From: Utricularia gibba
Lineage: Eukaryota > Plantae > Magnoliophyta
Direction: 5' to 3'
Assembly (NCBI GenBank): GCA_002189035.1
Contig: NEEC01000004.1
Location: forward strand, 5,146,001 to 5,210,000
DNA: 64,000 nt
Numbering within the stretch: the first letter of the stretch is position 1; the number at the start of each line of letters is the position of its first letter. The notes beneath the pieces were generated by a model. That model did no database searches. It saw nothing but the letters and a program-made list of their open reading frames with translations, and was not told where the DNA came from. Made by a program: the position numbers and the translations under genes. Positions 38,050-49,074 of the stretch are shown piece by piece.

Positions 38050-38599
38050 TGCTCAAGCTAGTAATTTTCGTCGTTCACCTGCTTATCGGAGACGGCTGGT
38101 TCAGTCGCCGTCGAAGAATGCATCGGTGTGTTGAATATTTCCGGTATAAGGTGCTGATCAGACGGCTGATTATACAAAATCATTCTCCAATCGGCGTATG
38201 GATTTACCCCACTTCAAGCCGCGCCATCTCTCCGGAAAGTAGCGTCCATGATCTGTTCCGCGTTGTACCGGGAGGAATCGAAGTTTTTGGCAGCGCGAAC
38301 TCCTCGTAAGTCGATATCAGCGACGTCGTCTGCCTCAGCTGCTTCCTCTGGAGTGCCTGAAATTGAAATTCAGTACTTATTCAATGCAGAATCAAAGGGG
38401 TTTCTCTTTTGATGGGATGCAAGATTCTGACTGAAAGTTCCGAGATAAAGATCTTTGTTACCAGCAAACTTTCGGATTTCAGCTTGCCACCGCCTTCCAT
38501 TTTGACGATATCTTCAGGTAACTGTGATTTCAGCAACAAATATCAGACCTTGTGGCGCCTCTGTAGATTGAAGCTCCCCTTGAGAACCCTCTGCCTTTC
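38050..38599 (-). pseudogene. ANT: AINTEGUMENTA-like AP2 gene remnant (linker plus second AP2 repeat), frameshifted
   Basis: Three exon remnants: 38599-38549 (R)KGRGFSRGASIYRGATR; about 38511-38432 YRQNGRRWQAEIRKFAGNKDLYLGTF; from 38356 STPEEAAEADDVADIDLRGVRAAKNFDSSRYNAEQIM, then frameshift to TLLSGEMAR. No first AP2 repeat found; one intron is only about 37 nt. Confidence 0.8.
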
Positions 38600-39704
38600 C
38601 TGCAAATTTCGCCTGTCATTCAAATGGGAGTTACAAGGTTGAAAGATAATATAACTTCAGCCTTCTTTTTAAGCTTCAAAGATAAAAGACGAATCTTTAC
38701 AGGTAACTAAAGCAAGGTGAAATCTGCATCAAACCTGGTGGCAGTGCTGTCTTCACTGCACACACTGTGCCATCAGATTTGAGAATCAAACAAGGGTACG
38801 AGCATCATCAGCTCCACAGCAAGTTTCAGGAAAAAGGGCAACCAGAGAAGCTACAGAGCTTGAAAAATGGTGAGAACTCCATGTTAGAAGCAGAAAAGGA
38901 GAAGCCTGACAAGTTGTTACTCCTGGAATAAAGCTCTTGTTCTCCATTACCGAACCAGAAGGCAAATTGCCCCCATCAAAGTTCCAAGGATATCAATAGA
39001 ACTAACAACAGGGCAGCTTCGGAGATGGTGATCAAATCAAGCCCATCTTTTCTTCCTTGAAATCGGAAAGCTTACCTTGTTCATGTTGCAGACACAATGA
39101 CATCAAATTTCAAACAAAATCCAGACCACAGAAAACTCCTCAAACTTCTTACTTTTCCACAGTTTAAATATGGTCTATTTAATTATAAAAAATTACATTG
39201 AGTTAGTTCAATTTTAGTATATTTTTTATTTTAAATATAAATTTTAAAAAAAATTAAATTTACGATTAAATCGTTTTAAACCATTAATTATTCATAATAA
39301 AAATCATATTAAAATTGATAGAATTGTGATTGAATTAAAATTGAATCAATTTTCATCGTACATGGTTTTCACAAACGGTTTCTCTTTTGTTTAAGGTTTT
39401 AAAATTCATTTATATTTTTTTGTATTTTACATTTTTGTAAATAATGCGACGCGAACTTTTCTTTATATAGAAAGAAAGGTCAAATAAAGGCGAATACGAT
39501 GACGCGGGCCGTGTCGCAACCCGCAGTCGCGACTCGTGCGGTATTTGATTTATTTAATTTAATAATTCTTGCATTTTGTTTTTTTTTTTTGTGTAAAACC
39601 ATATGAAGGCAAGGTGACACGAAAAAACGTCGACACGTGACACACCTTTGCCTACCTCGTTTGCCTTCTAATCCTTCTCCTCCGACGTCCCGCTGCGTCT
39701 TGTC

Positions 39705-39996
39705 ATGGAGGTGCCGACGATAACACCCCCCGGACGGCACCTCTCCGGCTGCCGATCGCGCGGCGGAGCTGCGGGGGGTCAGGAGGCCCGGGGAGATCGG
39801 ATTGGCGAAGAACAACAAGGAGCTGGTTGCGCGGCGGATGCCTCACGGCGGCGTGAGATGCTGCTTGGATGGTTGTACCTTGACGGCGGCGATGAGGGCG
39901 GCGCAGCCCTATCATATGATGCATCGCGGTAGTACGTTTGTGGTAGTTTTGTCCAGTGAAATCATCGACACACCCCACCTGTCCTCCATCCTCGAG
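39705..39996 (+). other. NAGS: Duplicated, candidate alternative first exon (exon 1a) of NAGS
   Basis: Encodes ...[48 protein letters not shown] followed by a GTAATT donor in phase 0, paralogous to the end of exon 1b. ATG 39705 is one base out of frame; first in-frame ATG is 39838. Confidence 0.75.
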
Positions 39997-40503
39997 GTAA
40001 TTTCCGCCATTTCTTTATTTATTTACATATTTGAAATACTTTAATTTTACTCATTAACAATTTTGCATTAAAAAAGGTAATTAAAATGGATTGAAATAAA
40101 TATGTTGCGTGTTTTATAAATAAAGAATTTTCATTTTATTCCATTTTTGGGATAATATAATTTAATAAGAAAATCCCAAGTCATCAAATAGATATTCCCT
40201 GTCCATTCGTTGTTTTTACAAGAAACGTCCCAGGGACATTTTGGGAAACTATTGATGCGGTGTGCATTTGTAATTAAGTAAAAAGTAGGGGCCTAAAGGC
40301 AATATTCGAAATTATAGTTCAAAAATATCGGGCGGTGCAACACATGTCGGATACTGTGGCCTGCGACAAATGTTGACCAGGAAACAACTTCCCGGTCCAA
40401 AATATACGCGCCTCCTTCCACCGGTCTGCCGCCGGGGCGGATACCTGAATTGGGGTATATATAGCTTTCATCAGGAAGCCGCCTTTTCTCGGGTGCGGAA
40501 CCA

Positions 40504-43481
40504 ATGGCCGCGGTTTTCTCTTACTTTTTTGCACCAACCCACAACAATCTCTACCATAACCCACTATTATTTTCTACTGCCTGTACTGGGAGATCGAGTT
40601 TTGGAAAATTGGGTTTAAAAGGGGGGAGGAAGTGTGTGAAAATTTTCTGTGCTTTGAATGGCAATGGCTCCCGGAAGGAAGTTCGTGTTTTGGGTGACGG
40701 AGGAGGGCGAGTTGAGGAGAGAATTGTTGATAAATATGAGATGTTCGTCGATTTCTTCCGTGAGGCGTGTCCTTATTTCATGGCGCACAGGGGAAGTACC
40801 TTCGTGGTTTTAATATCAGGAGATATTGCTGACAGCCCGCATTTGGAAAATATTCTCATGGCAAGACTTACATTTGGATTTCACTATAGTATAGGCCGAT
40901 TTGAGTGCTTTCGTTGGACACTAGATGGTGGACGCATGATTTCATTTTTAGGATTTTTGGTGCATTATGGAAGTTGATAATTTATTTTTCTGTCGTCTCG
41001 CAGGATATTTCCCTTCTTCATGGACATGGAATCAGGTTTGTCATCGTCCCTGGGACTCACGCGCAAATCGATAGAGCTTTGGCTGAAAAAGGTGAGATTA
41101 ATGGCTTGCTGTTTGATTGATTGTCTCTGGAAAAATGTGCACTCTTGGTTGGATTAAAGCTTCACTACATGATTCATGCGGAATCATTTTTGTATTTGAC
41201 CACGATTTGCATGCAAACATCTATGGCACAGCCGCATTTGTTAATGCATATGTCTTCTAGCATGCATCATATCCGTATCACCTTGTTTGTTCATTCGGCT
41301 TGTATCCTGAATGAACAGGTTGTGAACCGAAGTATGCAGGGAGCTACAGAATTACAGATGCTGAATCTCATAAAGCTGCAGTTGCTGCTGCTGGGTTGAA
41401 TCACTTCATTATCCAGTCCAAGCTTTCTCCTGGGCCTTCTCTAAATGGAACTCGTCGACATGGGAACAATGACCGATGGCATAATGGTGTCAGTGTTGCC
41501 AGCGGAAACTTTCTGGGTGCTAAGGTTGAAAGGCCCCTGCTTTGGTGTATATGCTTACTAACTATGTTTTCTCGTCATTCTAAATCAGATTCTGATCCTC
41601 ATTTTCAGAGAAGAGGGGTAGTGAACGGTGTTGATTATGGATCTACGGGTGAAGTTAAGAAAATAGATGTTCAGCGAATTCGAGAGAACCTTGATCAAGA
41701 TTGCATTGTTCTGCTAAGCAATCTGGGGTACTCAAGTTCCGGAGAATTATTGAATTGCAAGTATGGTATATGACTTTTCATACGTATTTTTGTTGCCACA
41801 TGGAGGGTGGATGTTTACATGGTTATGTCTTTGATCACTCAGATAGTTTGAGGGGGGCGTTTCGTGTAATTAACCTTTTTTTCTTTTGTGGACTCGTCTC
41901 TGATCTTTTCATGCTTCATGACACACTTCCCCTTGCTTGAGTTTATGAATGACGTTTTTCTGTTTCTTGATTTTACAGCACTTACGAAGTTGCTACAGCA
42001 TGTGCCATGGCTCTTGGTGCAGAAAAGCTCATATGCATAATTGATGGGCCAATTCTTGACGAAGATGGCAGGCTTATTCGGTTTTTAACTCTCCAGGATG
42101 CGGACAAACTAATTCGCACAAGAGCCAAGCAAAGCACAGCTGCTGCTAAATATGTGAAAGCTGTTGCTACAGAAGATCTTCCTCATCATGTTTGTGATGA
42201 ATCAAATGGATCAGTCCCATATGCAAAAGAAAATCCTTATACTTGGGCTCCAAGATTTCACAACGGTGTTGGATTTGACAATGGGAATGGATTATGGACA
42301 AGCAAACAAGGATTCGCCATTGGTGGTCAAGAGAGGCTCAGCCGATTAAACGGATACATCTCTGAACTTGCTGCTGCAACGTTCGTCTGCAAGGTTAGCC
42401 TCCACGCATATTGTTTTTACACGTCCTTTTCCATGCAATGGCATGTTGGCCATCTTCTCATCTTCCAGGATGGATCAGTTTTGCTTCTCTGATGCATATT
42501 CTCATTTTTTACTTCCCAAAGTTCTTTACTTATTTGAAAGTATCCCCATGTTCTTATCTTCCTCCAGAGTGGTGTTCAAAGAGTGCATCTGCTGGATGGC
42601 AGCATCAGCGGAGTTCTATTCAAGGAACTCTTTCAGCGAGACGGCGTCGGTACCATGGTGGCAAGGTACGTCTCCTGCTTACCGCCGATCATCCCCAACA
42701 AGCATATCGAAGTTGCAGACATGATGATCTTTACCATCTGTTTCTCAGTGATCTTTACGAAGGCATGCGAATGGCAAGGACCTCCGATGTCGAAGCCATC
42801 AAACAGCTTTTACTACCATTGGAGGAAGCTGGCACACTGATAAGAAGGACTCATGAAGAGGTTTCTTCAGGACACCTGTTAATTGTTTATCTTACAGTTT
42901 CTTGCAAGCGACCACCAATTCTATCCCTGTTTTTGCTGCAGCTCCTTCAAGCCTCAGATTCGTTCATGGTGATGGAGCGAGAAGGCCACGTTATAGCCTG
43001 TGCAGCTCTCTTCCCCTTCTTCTCTGCCAAGTGCGGAGAAGTGGCTGCCATCGCCGTGTCTCCCGAGTGTCGCGGGCAGGGACAGGGAGATAAGTTACTC
43101 GGTATGATACAACACCCCATCATCTGTTTCCTCGGAAAAATGCTTTGGGATCCACCGGCTGACTCTGCCGTTGCCCACTTACAGAATACGTGGAGAAGAA
43201 GGCTTCATCCCTCGGTCTAGAAACGCTGTTCCTTCTAACCACTCGCACCGCCGACTGGTAAGTTTCCGGCATGAGTTTTGGTGCAAGTTTGTGGCGTAAG
43301 CAGCTGATACCATCTTCATATTTTCAGGTTCGTGAGGCGCGGCTTCTCGGAATGTTCCATCGAATCCATACCCGAAGAAAGGCGGAAAAAGATAGACATT
43401 TCCAGGAGATCGAAGTACTATACAAAGAGGCTCTTACCAGACAAGAGCGGAATCCGGCTGGGCTCCGCCGAGGACTACTGA
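40504..43481 (+). CDS. NAGS: N-acetylglutamate synthase (amino-acid acetyltransferase), plastid-targeted
   Basis: Transit-like N-terminus; [26 protein letters not shown]; GC donor at 40861; [19 protein letters not shown]; ASGNFLGAK; [13 protein letters not shown]; RVHLLDG; GNAT domain [21 protein letters not shown]; [10 protein letters not shown]; end ...[26 protein letters not shown]. Confidence 0.95.
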
Positions 43482-44048
43482 CACGCTCCGGCGCCCCCCG
43501 TCTTTTCCTTATGCGGTCAAGTGTAAGAATTATTTCAATATCAATGTTTTTTAATCTTATTTTAATAATATTTTGATCTTAATAAATATCCCCAATTTTG
43601 TAATTTTTTTTATTTTAATCCAAATTTTGGTTTTTTAGTTTAATAATTTCGTAAAGTTTCATTAAATTATTTTTTACAATCTAAAATGAATTAGAAGATA
43701 ATTTATTCAGTAACAATTTTTTATATCAATATAATTTTTACCATTTATATTCATGAATATTAGGATTTTGAATTCAGGATAAAATAATTGTTTTATTAAT
43801 TAGTACCATAAAAATTATAGATAAAAAAATATTATACTAACAATCTTTTAAAAATTAAGGATAATATCAAATGTAATTAAATCCTCCATCGTAATATTTA
43901 AAACAATGACTTGTCTTTCCAACAAAAAAAAAAAACATTTGCAAGACACGGACACGTTTCTCCAGTTGTGGTTGCTTTGGCTGCATGACGGCTTACCGGA
44001 GGCTGACGGGACAAGTCTACCCGGCGGCGGCTAATCTTCAGGGTGGCC

Positions 44049-44709
44049 CTAACCCTGTCATGATTATAAAATTTGATTTTCGTAATCCCATCCCGTCGTT
44101 CAGCATTGCATACGGACAGTGTTCGTACCTTAGATCCGAAGGTGTAGGTGGAATGAAGCAAGTCCTCGACTTGCCAAGTCTTCTCCGTCACGAACTCAGG
44201 AGTAGAGACACCGGAATCTGGGTAATGGTTAGTGAATGAAGAAGCTGGAGAACAGGTAGCAGTTTCTTCACATTTCTCTGCGCCTGTAACCGAAAGCTCA
44301 ATCTTCGTTACGAGGAACCTGCTGTGCTTCTTCGTGTGTCTGTTGGTCTTGTGCATTTCCAAATCGCAGCCTCTGCAGACCACTGCTCGATGCTCCCGAC
44401 AAAACAGTAACCCTCGGTTTTCCTGCAATACAAAAAACCTTCAGAAACGTGTCTGGATCCGAAGTTCTTAAAGGGTTCCATGATGAACAAATGGAGACTA
44501 GTGTATGTTTCTTGTCTTAAAACCTTGCAAGTATCGCAGGGTGGCGATTGTCTGTGAGGAGATTCCACGAGCCAACTGCGGGTGTGCTGACTGGCAAGCT
44601 TGTTGGCTGCGTGAACTCTATAGTCACACAGAACGCACAGTGCGGCCTCATCTGCAGGGCAGAAGAGCGAGGCCTCTTCTTCACAGCAAACATCACACTG
44701 AATCTTCAT
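44049..44709 (-). CDS. Double B-box zinc-finger protein (structural group IV, BBX20/21-like); C-terminus uncertain
   Basis: MKIQCDVCCEEEASLFCPADEAALCVLCDYRVHAANKLASQHTR; intron 44523-44423; CDTCK/ENRGLLFCREHRAVVCRGCDLEMH...HSRFLV; WQVEDLL motif; donor at 44128. Confidence 0.88.
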
Positions 44710-45218
44710 TCTTGACACGTTTGCTGTGAAGAAGGCGTTTGAAAATGGAAGATGATAGAAGCTGGAGGAGGCATTTATGGAGGCATGCTGTGACAGACAC
44801 AGCTAATCCAATCATCAATACCCCTCCCTCCTTCGACTTGATATGTTTTTTTAATTGCAGGCATTGCCGACTTCCAACATGGACTTGGAAGTTCGTTTGT
44901 CTGTCTGTGTATTATATGAACTGGGCCTGTGAACACCCTTTCAAGGTGACAGTTTGATCGAGCAGATCCTAATTGAAATAGATTTGGAATCACTGGTTGA
45001 TATTTGATAGTGAATTTTCGAAACGAGAAACACCCATATCAAAGATTGAAGCTTTTTTGTTTGCAAGTAAAAACAACCTTGTTGTGGTGGGGTTTGGGGT
45101 AGACATGATATGAAAAGAGCGGCGGGTGGCTGCTTGGTTTTGTAAATTTATTACAAGACAGAGCCCATGTTAACAGGTACAGAAACATTTCGAAGGCTCC
45201 AAAACCGAAATCTTACAT

Positions 45219-46560
45219 TCAAGAGGATGCTTCTGTAGGAGGCCCCTTCCATTTGAAGTTGTCTGCATAGGACTTGACCTGCAGCAAGTAGTAGAAAAGA
45301 AATGGGGTGACAAGTTAGAATATATTTGGTTCAAATCGAGTGCTCTGGATAGAATGGATCTAACCTTCAACAAGGGTGTGTGGCGTTTCTTGACCTGTAA
45401 GTACAACATTCATAAGCATATCGGAACTTCAATTTTCAAACAAAGGGATAATAATCAGATGAACATTAAGGATCCAAGTTTCTTTTGAACGGGACCAGAG
45501 ATTGATATGATTTATCCTCGTGTGTTTACACACATCAGTGAACCTAGTCGAGTTTGGATTATGGTGATTGCAGATGTTACATAGTGTGCTCCTTATTAGT
45601 CACCAAAATGAAGGCAATCAATGCAGGTAGTATAAGATATACCATGTATTCCCAACCATGGCGTTTGGCAAACGATACTGCCGCTTCTTCACTGTCAAAG
45701 CCTAATGCAGAATCACCAACGTGTGAATAAGGGTCTCCAGTGGAGGTCCAACCCATGAGCGGATTCTCCCATCTATGCATTCCCAATCCGATTCATATGG
45801 ATAACCAAACGAAATGAAAAAGATCATGAGTGAAAGATAGGGGGGAAAAACGTACTTCTGAGTGGACATAAAATTGATTTTCCACTTCCCAACCTTCCCA
45901 GATCCTTGTTGAGAAGCAGTCCTTGCAGGGGAGTAAATCAGGACCTGATTAAGAACCAAGATCATAACCCTAAATTCGTTCCAAACAAGTTTCATGTGGC
46001 AGGAATTCATACTCAAAGAACCCAATAAACAAGCTCATACAACTTTATGATCAGCTATCCACAACGAGACAAGAAAGAAAAACCCCATCTTTAAGAGCCC
46101 TGAATGTATAACCCTAAATTTGGTTTCAACACAAATTTCATATGGCAAGAATTCATAATGGAAGATTCCAATAAGCAAGATTAGGCTACATTTCATCAGA
46201 AATAGAAACAGAAACAACAGCCCTAACTTCTACGAATCATCGCAATACCCCATCTTAAGGATCCGTAAAAGAAAATGTAAAAGTCATGCTCAACCTAACC
46301 AATCTCGGCCAATCAATTTCACAAATTTCAGTATCAAATTGATGAAATTCATCAATTATTCAGCCCAGTAATCTCATTCTCGGAATTATTACCCGCCGCT
46401 GCAGCTGTTCCTTGGGGATGCCGGAGACCATTCCGATCTCCCCAGGCTTGATTTCAACCAGGGAATCCTCTGCAGACGAGAAAGCTCTCGTGAATGGGCT
46501 CAGAGAAGATCGAAAAAACTGCCGCGAATTCCCTGCCAACCGTTGCACAGAGCTCGCCAT
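45219..46560 (-). CDS. NDUFS4: Mitochondrial complex I 18-kDa subunit NDUFS4 (FRO1), 5 exons
   Basis: [10 protein letters not shown] presequence; [16 protein letters not shown] / [25 protein letters not shown] / [15 protein letters not shown]...AKRHGWEY / [10 protein letters not shown] / [14 protein letters not shown]. Confidence 0.96.
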
Positions 46561-46631
46561 CTCCGCGATTCAACCAACTCGTAGCCGACGAGCGTTGGCG
46601 TCTGGCTGACGTAAATTAGAATGTCATATCA

Positions 46632-46656
46632 GGCCCATATATGCGGAGTAGGCCCA
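46632..46656. promoter_or_regulatory. Two site II elements (GGCCCA) upstream of NDUFS4
   Basis: GGCCCA at 46632 and 46651; site II elements are typical of nuclear respiratory-chain gene promoters. Confidence 0.55.
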
Positions 46657-46718
46657 AAACTTATAATGGACCTGAGCCTCAGACACATGAGAAAATCTGA
46701 GACGTTTGCGCAAGGACG

Positions 46719-46919
46719 ATGAAGTCCAGGTTGTTAGCGGCACCTACAAGGGCCGCCGGTACCACCGTCAATGTGGGCATTCATCTCTCCAACGTTGTCA
46801 TCACCAAAGTACGCATCGATAAGGATCGGAAATCGCTGCTTGATCGCAAGCGGAAGGGAAGGGGTGAAGCTGAGAAGGGCAAGGGGGCGGAGTTAGATGT
46901 TACGCAGACGATAGATTAA
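46719..46919 (+). pseudogene. RPL26: C-terminal fragment of 60S ribosomal protein L26 (uL24)
   Basis: [35 protein letters not shown]...TID* matches the RPL26 C-terminal half; the N-terminal half is absent. Confidence 0.85.
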
Positions 46920-47651
46920 TCGATCAATTCTCGGTTTGTTCTACTACTCCCCTTGGTCTGTCCCTTTGAGCATCTCCATCGCTGGGCGCCCAAATCCCAT
47001 GTGGCACACAAACTTTATCTGTCATTATTATTGGTCCGATCACCAATGTGATACAATAAATGTCCAAAAAAAAGAAGTCTTCATATATTTTATTTCCGCG
47101 TACAAAATCTAATGTTGTTCTAAACCTAATTTATTTTATCTATCTTTCGTTTGTCTTTCGTCAAATTTCTTCCAAGGTAACAAATAGGTTTTTGAATTTC
47201 ATAAAATCTTACCCATAAGTACTTTGAAGATGTGGGTATAGTTAATTTCTTTATTAATGATTATTTTGGAATCATAAGTTATATATTTATTTTTTTAAAA
47301 CCTTAAATTTAATAAAATTGATTATATTTGTCTAATTTGTGTTTGTGAAGTAGTTCTATTAATATTTAAAAATCATTTATATTTTTTTACACTACTAGAA
47401 TTATTTGAAAAACTAAACATGATGTATAATTATTTTTTAGAAATCAAACAATGCATTTTATTTAATTTTTTTCATTTATCATTATTTTCATGCCAAAACT
47501 CCTCAAATTTTATGAATGTTCGTTAATTGATCTGAATTTGCTTACATGAAATTAAGTTGATTTATTTATGTGTTAGTTTGGGATATTTGATGACATTGTT
47601 TATGTATTTATATTGTTTATATATATTTTGCATTTTTTTTATGTAGGTACA

Positions 47652-48668
47652 ATGAGTTTCATGGCAAGATGGACTGATGAATAAATTAACATTTTAGTTT
47701 CAGCTTGGTTAAACACTTCTGTTAATCCAATTTCTGGCAACTCTAAAAAATCAGAATCTTTTTGGAAAGCTATAGCTTCCTTCTACTGTGATGCAATAAA
47801 GACCAACACCATCAATGCAAAGTTTCGAGATTCTGAAGCATTAAGGAAGAAATGAGGAAAGTTAAATGCAGATGTGCAGCATTTTTCCGGCATATATGAT
47901 GGTATTGAATGTAGGCATCCTAGCGGTCACAATAACAATGATTTCATTGGCATGGCTTTGAAGCAATACAAAGAGGTACTTCGCAAACCTTTCATGTATT
48001 TGGAAGCTTGGAAGATATTGTGTGATCAATCAAAGTGGAGAACGGTAAAGTTTTTTTCTTGTATTATATCTAACCATTAATTCTAGTAACCTATTGTTTG
48101 ACACTCTATACATGATATAGATAATATAAGAAATAAGAAAAAGAAAATAAACACAACATCAGATTCCTCATTAGAACAATCTTCTATGGCTCCAAACATG
48201 GAAGAAAGATAGGATTCAGAGACTCCAACTTTGGAGCGTCCCATTGGTCAAAAGAGTGCTAAAAAACGTCTACTTCGAGGAAGTCCTTCAAGAGGTATTT
48301 CTGAAGAGAAAATAGGTGCAGTGGAACTTTTGACTGACAAGTTAGATGGATATAGATTGAAGATGGCAAGACACAATGACCTATTTCAACAACATATATC
48401 TGTTAACAATGCACAGGTTTTAGTCAACTCCGCACATGAGTTGAGACTATTGATCGATATGGATATGTCAAAGATGAATGACTTCCAGAAGAAGTTGTAC
48501 ACTGAGGCATGTAGCCGTGCATTATTTGGTATGACTGCTTCAGGTTCTATTCCTGATAAGCCTTCATCAAACACTGAGACTGAACCTGCAAATCAGCCTA
48601 GATTGACATCACAGGACAACTTCCAAGAGCCACTTGTTGATTTTAGTGATGATTTAGATCTTTTGTGA
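47652..48668 (+). pseudogene. Harbinger ORF1 (Myb/SANT-like DNA-binding protein), disrupted
   Basis: RWTDE*INILVSAWLNTS...SESFWKAI...EAWKILCDQSKW...ERPIGQKSAKK; in-frame stops at 47682, 47853 and 48210. Confidence 0.82.
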
Positions 48669-48873
48669 TTTCTCGGATTTTTAATTATTGTTGTTTATGA
48701 CTTTTATAACTTTAATAGTATTGTAGTGGGATTTTGATTGTGAACTACTATTTGTAATCATTTATATGTTTTTTAGGAGTGATACAAATAAGATTACCAT
48801 AGCATATAACCTAAAAGACTTCTACCTACCATGTTTACCAAATCTATCAAAGTAACACACTAACTAAAATACT

Positions 48874-49020
48874 TCTACCTACCAAAGTAATGCACCAAAC
48901 GAAAGTTCTCTAACTACCATACCTACCAAATTAGTGCACCAACCGAAAGTACTTTATCTACCACACCTACTGAAGTAGTACACCAATCGAAAGTCCTCTA
49001 CCAACCACACCTACCACAAT
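48874..49020 (+). repeat. About 44-bp diverged tandem repeat (3-4 copies) between Harbinger ORF1 and the transposase
   Basis: Recurring unit of the form CTACCAYACCTACCAAA-TAGTGCACCAA-CGAAAGT. Confidence 0.75.
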
Positions 49021-49074
49021 ATTTTTAATCTGTATTAACTTATATATATACCATAGCACAAAAGTTCTTTCACA

